DNA of 64,000 nt from the human T2T-CHM13v2.0 reference genome, Homo sapiens: the NCBI RefSeq assembly GCF_009914755.1, contig NC_060936.1; one strand, given 5' to 3'. Made by a program: the position numbers and the translations under genes. The notes beneath the pieces are model-generated. The model worked only from the letters and a program-made list of their open reading frames with translations. It ran no database searches and had not been told where the DNA came from. This document shows, piece by piece, positions 39,992 through 58,571 of this stretch; positions within the stretch are counted from its first letter, which is position 1, and every line of letters begins with the position of its first letter.

Positions 39992-40739
39992 CATTTGGTT
40001 TTCCAACACACAGATTTATATAATAATTTCCAATACACAAATTTATTCTGAGATTTGCTAGGTTTAATATATAGTGTCTACTAAACCCAGCAATTGTCAA
40101 AAACAGAAACAAAACCTAAAACTTCCAAATTTAAATTTTTGTAACATTTTAATGTGTTCACAGAATGGCTACACTGCTAACCTCAATGTCCATTTGCAGC
40201 ATTACATTTACAGTTTAAATTCTTAAAATGAAACTTTAGTAAAGAGGATCCAAGACAGAACATTTACAGAACATTAACAGGAGGCATTTACTCCTCCAGA
40301 GAAGGCTGCTCTAACCTGCCCATTCTGGCTACATTGTATTTCTTGGTTGTAAGATAGACCTAATTTTCTAGTCAGTTGTAGTCAGATCATTTGGGCTGAC
40401 ATCAACTTTGTAGCAATCTACAAACTAAGACAAACAACTTCTGGCTCTATTTCATCATCTATATAAAGCAGAAAAACATCTGAGGAAGTGGGACCCAAAA
40501 ATCTGCATTCTAAACAAGAAACTCAGCTTCTGAGAGGTGGTTCTCAGGTAGACCACATTGAGAAACACAAGTTTAGGTTAATACCTGTATTAATATTTTA
40601 CTGCAGTTGACATTAAATAAAATCAGTGAGAATCTTATTTGTTATACATTAAATTGCATTCCAAGATCTCTGTGAAAAACTTTCATTCCTGAAAGCGACA
40701 AACTAGATTATGCAGATCAATTCTACCAATGAAAAATAT

Positions 40740-41048
40740 GGCCGGACGCAGTGGCTCACGCCTGTAATCCTAGCACTTTGAAAGTCCAAGGCAGGCGAAT
40801 TGCCTGAGCTTAGGAGTTAGAGACCAGCCTGGGCAAAATGGTGAAACCCAGTCTCTACTAAAATACAAAAAATTAGCCGGGCGTGGTTGCACACACCTGT
40901 AGTCCCAGCTACTCAGGAGGCTGAGGCAGGAGAATTGCTTGAACCCAGAGGAGGAGGCTGCAGTGAGCCGAGATCACACCGCTGCACTCCAGCTTGGGTA
41001 AGAGCAAGACCCTGTCTCAAAAAAAAAAAAAAAAAAAAAAAGAAAAAG
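40740..41048 (+). mobile_element. Alu (AluS-like)
   Basis: Dimer plus poly(A). Confidence 0.93.
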
Positions 41049-41449
41049 AATTAAAAGTACAGATGTTTTTTAACAAAAACATTTTGTTAAAAATCTTAAA
41101 AGCACTGAAATGCTAACAAGATAGTAAGGAATCACCAGCCCAAAACTGAGGGCAAAACAGGAGCAGAAGGAAGGCACTTTTGCACTGAGGTCAACTGCCA
41201 ATTATCAGCAACGTGAACTTTGGTTTTAACCAAAGTTAAAATTCTGGGCCTGTCCACGGTGGCTATCTTTATGGTAACCCTCCCAAATTAAGCAGGAACC
41301 CCAAAATGCTATATCCTCAAGAATAAATTCATTCTCCTGGACAAACAGCCCAAATTTACCTCATCTGTATTGCCCTCCAAACCCCAAGCTATGTACTTAA
41401 AATGATCTGTCCCTGGTATATTCAGACACCTGTATATCAAAATTAAATG

Positions 41450-42720
<1,271 letters not shown>

Positions 42721-42724
42721 GGCA

Positions 42725-43026
42725 TTTTTTTTTTTTTTTTGGAGACAAGGCTTTGCTCTATTGCCCAGGCTATAGTGCAGTGGCGTGATCACAGCTCACT
42801 GCAGCCTTGACCTCACAGGCTCAAGTGATCCTCTCACCTCAGCCTCCTGAGTAGCTGGGACTACAGGTATGCATTCTCCACCACACTCAGCTATATTGTT
42901 TTAATTTTTTTTGTAAAGACAGGGTGTCTCACTATGTCGCCTAGACTGGTCTGGAAATTCTGGGCTCCCGCCTTGGCCTCCCAAAGTGCTGTGATTGATT
43001 ACAGGTGTGAGCCACCACACCTGGCC
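42725..43026 (-). mobile_element. Alu (AluJ-like)
   Basis: Reverse dimer. Confidence 0.9.
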
Positions 43027-43154
43027 TCCTGAAAGGAAATCTTCCTTCCTAAACTGAACTAAAAACAAAATCTTCCACTGAAGAGGGGAGGCAACTGACT
43101 GAACTAATTGGATACATAGAGCTGACATAAGGCTAAGAAACCATTACCCAACTG

Positions 43155-43661
43155 CAGTCACATAACGTTTCAGTCAACACAGGACTGCATATACAACGGT
43201 GATCCCACAAGATTATAATGGAGCTGAAACATTCCTATTGCCTAGTAATGTCACAGCTCAATTCATTATTCATGTTTGTGGTGATGCTGGTATAAACAAA
43301 CCTACTGCAGAGTCATATAAAAGTATGGCACTTACAATTATTTACAGTACATAATACTTGATAAGGACAATAAATGATTTATTGGTTTATGTATTTACTA
43401 TACTATGCTTTTTGTGGTTAGAGTACACTCCAACTTATTTTTAAAAAAGTTAAAACTGCCTACAGTATTCAACATAGCAACATGCTATACAGGTTTGTAG
43501 CCTAGGAACAACAAACAGGCTATACCATATAACCCAGGTATGTACTAGGCCGTACCATCTAGGTTTGTGTAAATACATTCTATGACATTCACAAAAGGAT
43601 GAAATGGCTTAATGATGCATTTCCCCCAGAACACATCCCCATCATTAACCATGCATGACTG
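43155..43661 (-). mobile_element. Tigger3/Golem (Tigger3b-like) element
   Basis: cagtca...catgactg termini; ccatctaggtttgtgtaa core in reverse. Confidence 0.8.
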
Positions 43662-43771
43662 TGTATGTAAACAAATTCTATGCTGGAAGAAGACTTCATG
43701 ACCATAACTGCTATACAGCTTTTCCCTAGAGCACAGTGGGATACAAGGTGGAGTGCTTTTGAATTTCATGC

Positions 43772-44180
43772 TGCTATGGTTTGAGTATTTGTCCCCTCTA
43801 AAACTCAAGTTGAAATTTAATCCCCTATGTGGCAGCACTGAGAGATGGGGGTCTTTAAGAAGTGATTGGATCATGAGGGCTCCACCCTCACAAACGAATT
43901 AATCCATTCATGGATTAATGTATTTCTTTATAAATTACCCAGTTTCCCACCAGGGGAGCTGGAGAGCCAAGCTACCCAGTTAGCACACTCAGCCCCCTCC
44001 CCATGTGATACCCTGCACTGCCTTGGGAACCTTCAGAGTCTCCACAAGTAAGGTTCTCACCACATGGGTCCCCTGGATCTTGGATTTCTCAGCCTCTATA
44101 ACTGCAAGAAATAAATTCTTTTTTTTTTAAATAAATTACTCAGTTTCAGGTATTCCAAGCAACAGAAAATGAACTAATAT
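43772..44180 (+). mobile_element. MST (ERVL-MaLR) solo LTR
   Basis: tgctatggtttg...tgtcccctctaaaactca...; aaattactcagtttcaggtattc end. Confidence 0.8.
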
Positions 44181-44493
44181 TCATGCTGATTTATAGCAGA
44201 ACAGTGTAAGTCAACATTCTTTCAAAACCAGGATAAAAATTATCTCATCGTAAGTTATCACTGCTCACGTACGTAACCACGGACGGGTTATCTAACCACT
44301 CCACACCTATTTTTTTTCCTTGTTAAAATGTTGATGCTACCTGTCTCTAAGTAAATTAAATGAGCTAATAATACACACAGAATTTAAAACAATGCCTGAA
44401 TAATCAATCAGTGTTGCCTATTACATTATTTATCCCTGTTATGCTCTTCTGTACCCTCTTTAGAAAATAATTCCAAGACTGAAATTATAACTC

Positions 44494-44620
44494 TAGACAG
44501 GTGTGGTGGCTCACACCCATACACTCAGCACTTTGGGAGGCCAAGGCAAAATCGCTTGAGGTGAGGCATTTAAGACCAGCCAGGGCAACACAGCAAGAGC
44601 CTGTCTCCACAAGGAAAAAA
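44494..44620 (+). mobile_element. Alu monomer (FLAM-like)
   Basis: Left-arm similarity. Confidence 0.8.
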
Positions 44621-46417
44621 TATATATAACCCTGTTTCCCAATAAAAATTAAAATGTACAAAACTTCTGAATAAGTAAAAATATATACAAATATGCAGGA
44701 AGTAAAAGGCAGAGTTGGTAACCAAAGGTATAGAAGCCATTTTCTATGGCAAGCCCACTAATGTACTCTAATGTTCTGTAGTCATTGTGCTAAACGACTT
44801 ACATATGGATAGGTGTAAAGTAACAACTCTCTCCTTCTAACCCCTATTCTGCCCAAAAACTTATTTAGATGAAACTAGTTTGAAATGGAACTTAAAATCA
44901 TCAAATTATAACAGGTTCCTTTGTGTAAACGCTGTATTACTCTTTGACCCCTTTACCCTTTCCTTCCTTTATAGCTCTCATCACAATTTAACATTCTACA
45001 TCTAAGCAACCAATTTGCCTCTTTTGCTCATGACATAAGATACATGTCCATACAGGTGCTAGATAGTTACCCAAAGACTAAACTGAGAACACAATTACAG
45101 GTTTGATTAAACTTGAAGATCTGAATACACTGATCATTAATATTTTGATATTGATGAGTCATTCTCTCTAATCCTTTGTTTCAAATTTACAACCAAGAAG
45201 TGAATAAAATATTGTATTTTGACATCTTCAGACCTTTGAAGTCCAACAGATACTGCTTCTTTAGCCCCTTCTACAAAAAGACCCTTAGTTTTGAATATAT
45301 TTTGAGAATTTAGAATCAACTCAGTTTTACCAGGAGCCAACAGGAGCAAGCTGAATAAAATGAGATGGCATTTTGGATTACATTAGTTATGGTACAGGTA
45401 TTCGTTTCAAAAATCTCATTAAAGGCCAAGTGCAGTAATTTACCATATTCAGTATTAGCTTTATAATTCTGCAAATCAATGGGCCTAATATAAAAATAGG
45501 CACTTTGTAGCAGATAAAATTTAGAAAGATATTCAAATTGGTATAGTGAAAACTTTTAAATTTCTATTTACTAACATAATGTTGACTTGGAGAATCTATG
45601 AAAGTCAGGTTTTATGACAGAAGATGTCCAAGTCCACCTACCAGGGTTTAGTTCCATACATTCTCCAAAGGACAGTATTCTTAGAACTAAACTATAGATT
45701 TAGGCCATTTATTTAAACTTGGGCAACTTCAAACAAGCTTGAAACACAAGAGTGCCTTGAAAATAACTGTAAAAGTCATTTACTTCCCTTCGATTTTTAA
45801 ATGGTACCCTATACATAAAAGGTTTTTCCCTTATTCAATCAAAGGTAATGTATATTACTTCCAAAGTATAGGAGTATTAATTTAAGCTGACCAAAAACAG
45901 AGGACCCAGATACTCGTTTCCAAAGATGTTTTGAATCCACCTATTTTCAAAAGGCCAAATTTCATTTTACAGCTCTTGTGAAACCAGGCAAGCAGTGTAA
46001 ATTTTAAAATGCAGCAGTGGGATATCTTCAAATGTAGCAGTGAGATTTTTAAAATGTAGTTGTTTCAAAACTGATCAGTGACCGTCTAAAATACGGGCTC
46101 CTTGAGGACATCCTGCGCCTGGTTCATCCTTTTTGCACTCTCAAAGTCTAGCCTTCCCAGATGGGACCTCAGTCCCAGCCCCCCTACACTGCCATCCCCC
46201 AGATCTTTAGGGCAGTGGGGTTCATTGACAAGGTTGCAGGCTACAAACTTGGCAAAGTTTATACTAACACCTCATTCCATCCCACCTCCCATCTTAAAAA
46301 GGAAACCGTTAAGTATCTTATTCTAGTGACTTCAATAAAGGAACTAATTTATAAGACAGCCAAGAACAATTAAAGTCATAAAGGGCCAAACATTTTATTT
46401 TCATCTAAGAACCGTTT

Positions 46418-46598
46418 GCAGGGGTGGTCCGATCTTTTGGCTTCCCTGGGCCACACTAGAACTGTCTTGGGCCACACGTAAAATACATTAACTAGCTGAT
46501 GAGCTTTTTTTTCCAAAAAAAAAAAAAAAAAAAAAACCTCATGAATTTGTGTTGGGCCACATTTAAAGCCGTCCTGGGCCGCGGGTTGGACAAGCTTG
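46418..46598 (+). mobile_element. MER30 (hAT-Charlie MITE)
   Basis: caggggt.gtcc.atcttttggcttccctgggccaca ... gggttggacaagcttg. Confidence 0.85.
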
Positions 46599-47607
46599 GT
46601 TTAGGGGTTTAGATCGATCAGGATCAATACTCCCCAAATAAAAAACCCTGATCAAGACACCCATCTAACAGTACCTGGGAAACACAATAACAACCTTTTG
46701 CTAATAACAGTTAATATAAGCGCTATATACGCGTTAACTTTTTAAAATACTAGCAGTGGAGGCCCTTCCTTATCATCAGCTAACATCCACAATCTCTGGT
46801 ACCAATAAAAAGATTAAGACCAAAGAGAAGCAGGGAAGAGTTTGAAACCCAGGGACAGGGCTTACTCGCTTACCCTTCCTTTTCACATTCCACCGTCTCT
46901 ACAACTTTCAAAGTAAGCACAGACCGAGGGCAAGGGTCTCCAACCAGGCCCAGCCAGTGGCCATGAAGCCCATTACCACGTGTGGAGCGAAGCCGCCGGG
47001 GGTTTCCCCTCCCCGCGCGGCCGCCCCCAATGGGCGGAGAGCCCGGGAGCGTCGCAGCCTCCCCCGCCCCCTCCCCGCCTCGGGGACTCGTCCCTCCACA
47101 GCCCCTCCCTCCCGTCGGAATTCGCAGCCTCCGCCGTTCTTTTCATCTCCCAGCGGCCTCCCTCCTGGTATTATTTTTGAGGGAAAAGCAGGGGGGTGTC
47201 CAAGAGGCGGCCGGCTCTGCACTCGGCCCGGCCCGTACGCCGGGGGCCTCCCGGTCCTCGCGGCGCAGCCGAGTCTCAGGGCACCCGGGCGTCACCGCGG
47301 CCTCGCTCCGGTCCACGCGGAAAAGACGGTGGAGCTCAGAGAACCTTAGGCCTCCAGGCCGCGCCAACCCCTACGTCGCCTCAGCCGTCCCCGATAAAAG
47401 CGCTGGTCGGCCCCGGGGCCCCTCTCAGGCTCCGGGGTCCGGACTCCGCGGTCCTGTCCGACCTCACAGGACGACCCCGGAGGCCACGGGCGGCCAGCGG
47501 CCCCGACTCCCGGCTCCCAGTCCCTCCATCCCTCCGGCCCTCCCATCTGCGCAGGCCGCCCAGCCAACACCACGTTCCCCCTTCCCTTCCAGGCCCCCAT
47601 CCGTTAC

Positions 47608-47726
47608 CGGCGACTAGTATGGGGAGCCAGGCGGCCGGAGCTGCGCAGGCAGTGACTCAGGGCGGCAGCGGCAGCAGCAGCGGGAGGAGCAGGAGGCGGC
47701 GCCGCGAGCAGATGGCGCTAAAAAAG
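47608..47726 (-). other. NAP1L1: NAP1L1 exon 1 (non-coding 5' UTR, 5'TOP start)
   Basis: Minus strand begins CTTTTTTAGCGCCATC within the CpG island and ends at donor CCG|GTAACG (47607). TSS position inferred from the TCT motif. Confidence 0.88.
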
Positions 47727-47760
47727 ACCCAAGAGCCCGCCGCTCGCGCTCATATACAAT
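47710..47760 (-). promoter_or_regulatory. Core promoter: TATA-like TGTATATG (~-30), TCT initiator/5'TOP (TC+1TTTTTT), downstream YY1 motif CGCCATCT
   Basis: Motifs seen directly, with spacing typical of TCT (ribosomal-protein-type) promoters. Confidence 0.7.
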
Positions 47761-47847
47761 TAGCGTCAGCACGTAGGGCCCTTTCGCCGCCCTCCTCCCG
47801 GCCTTGTAGTCTCCCAGCAACGCGAGCGAGAGGCGGGTCCAGGCCGG

Positions 47848-47860
47848 GTTGCCTAGCAAC
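47848..47860. promoter_or_regulatory. RFX X-box (EF-C type) GTTGCCTAGCAAC
   Basis: Near-palindromic match to the RFX consensus ~125 bp upstream of the TSS. Confidence 0.65.
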
Positions 47861-48574
47861 TGAACCGTCCTCCTTCCCCGGCGACCTCCATACCCCCACC
47901 GAGGACTCCTGCAGCCCCGAGGCCCAGGCGCCGCGCCTGGGCTCCTCTGGTTCCCGCCGGTGTCTAACCTCCTCTGTTAAGCACCCCACCATATCTTTTC
48001 TCCCTGCTGAGCCGGAAAGGAAATTTCAACCCCATCAGTTGTGGGGAAGGCCTGGCCCGCGTGCCCGGCGCCCGGCCCGCCCCGCCCCCTTCGGCGTTGT
48101 GCTGGGAACGCTCAGGGCTGGCGCCAGTCGCCTGGTCCCTCGCTCGCCGCAGCCTAGACGGCGGACGCTCCCTGTCAAGGCCTAATTCCTGCAACTCGCC
48201 GGCCCCCGGTAACCGTTTTCCTTCCCCGCCTAAGAAAAACAGTTTTTTCCTCTAGACCACTTCGGCGGCCTCTTCTGACAGTTTTGCTTCTCCTATGCCA
48301 GCGGGTCTCCGCGCCTTTAGGGGGTGCTCGTCATCCTTTGCCCCCCAACCCCCCGCCACATCCTCGTAACTGATGTACAGTCCGTCAGTTCGGCTTCAGT
48401 TCTTTTGACGGATGAAAATGGCATATTTGTGCATTCTCTGGATGCGTTATAATGAGGACACTCAGTACGTCCGTTGTTTCATCTTTCTGAAAAAGTAAAT
48501 CACATTAAATCCTCAGGCTTGTAAAACCTCATAGCTAATTTTCAAGTGATGATGAATTGACTAATACTAACTCA

Positions 48575-49030
48575 AAAAGTTGTTCTCAGAGTATGGTCTG
48601 AGGGTCCCCAGACCCTTTCATGGGGAAGGTCAAAACTATTTCCATATTAATGTCAAGACTGCCTTTTGCATTCTCATTCTCTCACAAGTGTACAGTGGGG
48701 TTTTCCGGAGGCTACGTGACATGTGATAAGGAAACAGACTGAAAATAGAAGCAGATAGGAGAATCCAGTCATCTGCGGTTAAACCAGACGTTAAAGAGAT
48801 TTGCAAAAACTCGATTTGGGGGCAAGGGGGAGTAGTTATTTTTCATATAAAAATTATTTTTTGTTAATATTTGATTGCTTTATTGTTTTTAAATGAAATA
48901 CTCTTAAAATTTCTCACTTTTAATTTCTGATATAAATATCAGTATCAGTAATGCACATAAAAGTTCTTTGGGGTCCTCAACTTTTAAAGGAGTGTAAAGG
49001 AATCCTAAGACCACAAAGTTTGAGAACCTC
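48575..49030 (+). mobile_element. Charlie4a/MER80-like hAT element
   Basis: ttctca..gtatggtc...gaccctttca...ggtcaaaactattt ... aagtttgagaacc termini. Confidence 0.75.
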
Positions 49031-50104
49031 TTCTCTAAATCTTGCATTTATTGAAACTTCAAACTGCCTAGAATCCCCTATTGTAATCCACACATTTAGC
49101 AACTTTATCTTCCGTTTTAGGGGATACAATGTTTTCCTTGGCCCTCCAGAACCTCATTGAAATTATTTGCCTTTCCCACTCTATACTGCAGACGACTCTG
49201 TTTATTCATTCATTTTAGTTTTTCATATACAATTCCTTTGTTGTTCTCATAGCCTATTCCTGTACACCCTTCTCAACAATGATGTAATGATACAAGGAGC
49301 ATAATAGCATCAATAATGGATCTTCAGGAAGAACCCACTATACATAAACAAGGTAGACCAGTGCTCAGTTTGAACATAAATTTGACACATTAATTTCAAT
49401 AAGAACTTCAGGAATGTTGCATTTTAATCAAAGCTGTGCACGATGCAAGGTAATTAGCATATTAAAATGAACTAAATAACTTTCACTTTCTTTCCATAAA
49501 TCTTTATGGTAGCAGAATTTCTGAGACAAAATTGAGAAGTTAGCTTTTGTGATGGTTTTTATCCCACACCAGAGAGCCTCATCAATTTTCGGCACTTCGC
49601 TCATGAAGGCTCTGGATTTTTTAGGTTTCACCACCCCCCCACCAACCCCTATAACTTAGGTGTTATCATTACCAGTACATATGCTCTTTCCCCCTTTTCT
49701 CCAGCTTCCTCTTCTTTTTTCAGTGTATCCTAGCCAATCTAAGAAACTAAACAATAAAATATTTCTAATAATGCATGCCTTTGTAATATAGTCTTTTGAA
49801 CCAGTTTGTAAATCTAAGTCTTTGCCATTAAAGTTCAGGGAAGGGCAGACATTTATGCATTCATTCAACAAATATTTATGTCAGGCACAACTTCGGACTC
49901 TGGAAATACAGCATTTAGTAAGAAAGACACGGTTCTTGATTTTATTGAAGTTATGGTCTAGTGAGGTGAGGCAAATGATTAGAGATAAAATAATTTTACT
50001 AATAAAATATTAGTAATAAAACAATTTCACTTATCAATAATAAATAATTGATAAGTGAATGCTATAAAGAAAATAAAATGAGAAAAGGGGTAGGAGGTGA
50101 CTGA

Positions 50105-50427
<323 letters not shown>

Positions 50428-50649
50428 CTTTGAGCTTTTTACATTGGCCCCTCTTATACCCCCAAATCACACAATGTAGTTAACTCATCTAACTTAATTG
50501 CAATAAATGGTGACCCTGGTCACTGATCTTGGGCCATGCGAAATTTTCTGTTGCAGTTCCTTTTCTCATGCTCTCTTTGGAAGCATATATACTAAAATTA
50601 AAGGTCCTTTTTTCTCTATCTCCCATGATTTTCATTTGGTAGACTTTTA

Positions 50650-51350
<701 letters not shown>

Positions 51351-52101
51351 CATTTTTAACCTCTTACTGAAGTTTTGTTTTTATTTTTGTTTTATTTAAA
51401 GGTTTAAGGAACTACCCCGAAGTCTTCTGATAGTGTCTGACACTTTTTGTGACATATTTTATTAAAAGCTATCTAGTCACAGCTTTTAAAAGACATTTTC
51501 CTGAGCTGAAATAATCCACACCAATTACCACAAAAATATTATAGTCAACATTTCTCAATATTGGATAAGAACTATGAAGATCAACAAGAAATTTGATGAC
51601 AAAGATGGTATTTTACCTGTGCTTGTGTCTGTGTTTCAGCCCCTATGTAGTAGAAAAAAAAGCATAGGCTTTAACATCAGACAGGTATAGGCTCCTTCAA
51701 CACTGTGACCTTGCAAAAGTACTTATCCACTCTGATCTTCAAGCTTCCCTATCTGAAAAATGCATTAATAATTATAATAAAATCTGTGTCTTTATTAGCA
51801 TGAAATAGAGAAATGTATGTAAGTTCCCAGAGCAATGACTTGCCCTTTAAGTACTCAGTATTTATTTTCTTCCCTCTGAATTAATCTGTAGGTAAAACAT
51901 CCAAGGGAACTAATAATAATTATCATCTAAAAACTGCACAAGATACATTTAAATAACAGTTACGTTAGTTTCAGATCTGGATTTTTTTTCTACTTTTCCC
52001 CAAATTAATTTATAGCTGCAATGTAATCAAATTCCAAGTGGAAAATTATGGATAAGATGCCTTACATTTTTCTCTCTACATTCAAAAAAAAGGATTAATA
52101 G

Positions 52102-52707
<606 letters not shown>

Positions 52708-53171
52708 TAAGAATATTTTTATTTTCCTGTCATTACTTAACTGAATTTTTTATTGAAATGATTATAGATTCACATGAAGTTTTGAGCAATAACACAGAGA
52801 GATCCATGAAAACTTTCCCCAGTTTACCATAATGGTAACAATCCATGATCTTATTCAGATTTTCCCAGTCTCACTTGGATCCATTTGTGTGTTTATGGAT
52901 TTAGTTCTATACAATATTACCATTTGTGGCTTTGTGTATCTGTCACCAAGAAGATACAGATCAGCTATATCGCCCAAGGATCCCTTATGTTGCCCTTTCA
53001 TTCATTTATTTTTACATTTTAATTCTTTTTTTTCCTGGACAGGATTATTGCAGTGTATGTTGACCTTTTATTATGGTCAGGGTTTTTTGTTTTTTTGTTT
53101 TTTTATATGCCAAATAATGTTCTACATTCCTAGATTTTATTTTATTTTGTTTCTCACACATAGACCACTTA

Positions 53172-53515
<344 letters not shown>

Positions 53516-54394
53516 TCAATATTTCTTACCTAAACCATTTGCAATAGCCTCACAGTTGGTCTCCCTAATACCAATCTCTTATTCCACTTCAATCTACCAA
53601 AGTTATTGCTCTAAAATATAAGTCTAATCAAGTCAGAGAAAGTTCTCTGACTCATCAAGACAAAGCTGGCTGCAAACCCTTCTCTGTTTGCGGACAACAC
53701 TTGTATGTGGGTATTTATGTAGATATGTATTTATTAATTAATTCATTCATTCTTTCATTCATGAGCCCATGTTTCCTTCTCCCATAACACACACCACACT
53801 AGCCTGTTAACTGCTGCAGGGCAGTGTTATTGTTTTTTACATACCCTTGGTTTAAACAGTGACTGGCCGTGAACAGCTTTCAGTAAATATTTATTTGCTT
53901 GAAAGAATGAAATGAAAGGAAGGATGCAAGGAAGAAAGGAAGGGAAGGATGGAGAAAGGAAATAAAGAGGTTATTGAAAACGAACAGGAAGTCACAATAC
54001 TTCATGTAAATAATCCTTTTTTGAAGTCTATTACATCAATTCTACATTTATCATAGAGTCTATATTGGACAAATTTGACAACCTAATCTGCACAAGAAGA
54101 TTTTGAATATGGTTTGGACATTGTTTGGGTTTTCGTTTGAATATTATTTGGGTATTTGTTTGGATATTATTTTCCCTCATCCATGAAACAACTTGCTGGT
54201 AAAAAGAAAGTAAAGAAATGTTGATATATTTTAGATCATAATGAATAAAGAAAACAAATTACACAGTATAATTTGGAGACAATCAGAGTGCCCATTACTG
54301 GGACAATTGAGAGTGAAATGTTGTATATGCACAACATGGAGTATTATGTAGCAGAACATTGAATGTAATATGGCAATATTGAATCTTTAAAATG

Positions 54395-56220
<1,826 letters not shown>

Positions 56221-56491
56221 TTTTCAGAAAATCAACCAGATGTTGGGGGATCCTAGGATGAGATGCAGACTGTGACAAATTAATCTAACTGAATTATAAA
56301 CATATAATCTCACTGAGGGGGTGAGTAAAAAAGGAGCTGACTTTCGAAAACAGTATTTTGACTGGACACTATAAGGCTAAAGGCAAAAAGAGCTACACAT
56401 AAACATTGCACTATAGTTGATAAATTTATTTATCAAAGAGATAATAAGCATTAGCAATTTGGAAACTAATTTCCCTGTATACTAGGAAATC

Positions 56492-56879
56492 TGTATTCGT
56501 TTGCTAGGGCTACCATAACAAACTGGGTGGCTTAAGCAATACGATGTATTTTCTCATAGTCCTGGAGGATGGAAATCCCAAATCAAGTTGTTAGCAGAGT
56601 TGGTCCCTTCTGAGGGCTGTGGGTGAAGGATCTGTTCCAGATCTCTCTCACTGGCTTGTAAATAGCTGTCCTCTCCCTGTGCCTCCCTCTATGTGTGTGT
56701 CTGTTTGAATTTCCCTTTTGTATAAGGACATCAGTCAGATTAGAACCCACCCTAATGACCTCATTTTAACTTGATTATCTCTGTAAAGATGCTATCTCCA
56801 AGTAAGGTCACATTATGAGGTACCGGGGTTTAGGACTTCAACATATGAATTTTAGGATAACACAATTCAACTCCTAACA
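56492..56879 (-). mobile_element. MLT1 (ERVL-MaLR) solo LTR
   Basis: tgtatt.gtttgctagggct.ccataacaaa ... ggacttcaacatatgaattt...cacaattcaac. Confidence 0.8.
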
Positions 56880-57140
56880 CTAGGGTTTGGCAAATAACTA
56901 AATAATTGTAGATAATGGGAGCCAGGTCTCTTGCTACTGGGAAAAAGTCACAAATAAGCAAGGAGAGAAGGCTAGAATGAACCATGGGGTGCTGGATTAG
57001 GGTCAGAGATAGAGGTATGAATGAATTCATGCTTATAGATAGATGATAGATGGATGATAAATAGATGGACAATAAAGATGTATATATACATAGGCTAATA
57101 TATTTCCTAGCTTTGCCCACTGAGGAAGCCTAGAAGCAAT

Positions 57141-57786
<646 letters not shown>

Positions 57787-58184
57787 TAGTGACACCACAG
57801 TAACAACAAGCATGACCAGTTCACAAATCTTAGTTTCTAAATACCATTTCCAATTAAAGGAGGGAAAACGCAAGACGAGTCTGGAACATCTTATAGTGCT
57901 AAAAAAAAAAAAAAAAAAAAAAAAGAAAATTATAAAAGTAGGAGAGAGGTCAAAAGGACACCAGAGGCAATTGGAAAGAGTTCCCCAGTGGCCAAAGCTG
58001 GAACAATTTCAGCAAAAAAACAAAAACAAAAACAAAAAAACCCAAAAAAAACAACAAAACAGTGATAGTATTGGATTATAATTCAGAGAGTAAAATAAAT
58101 ATCCATGAGTCCATAATGATATAAGTATTATTGAATAAATACTTAAGTGATAAAGGGAGAAATTTATCTTATAGAAGAATTCTA

Positions 58185-58571
<387 letters not shown>

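Larger units (their letters stand above)
46930..48330. promoter_or_regulatory. CpG island / NAP1L1 promoter and start of intron 1
   Basis: Abrupt high GC and CpG density against an AT-rich background; multiple GC boxes. Confidence 0.93.

Noticed and set aside
47196-48185. 329-aa plus-strand ORF and other overlapping ORFs in the CpG island
   Set aside because: GTG start, Pro/Arg/Ala/Ser low-complexity content, ORFs open in several frames: the expected stop-codon depletion of GC-rich DNA, with no recognisable domain
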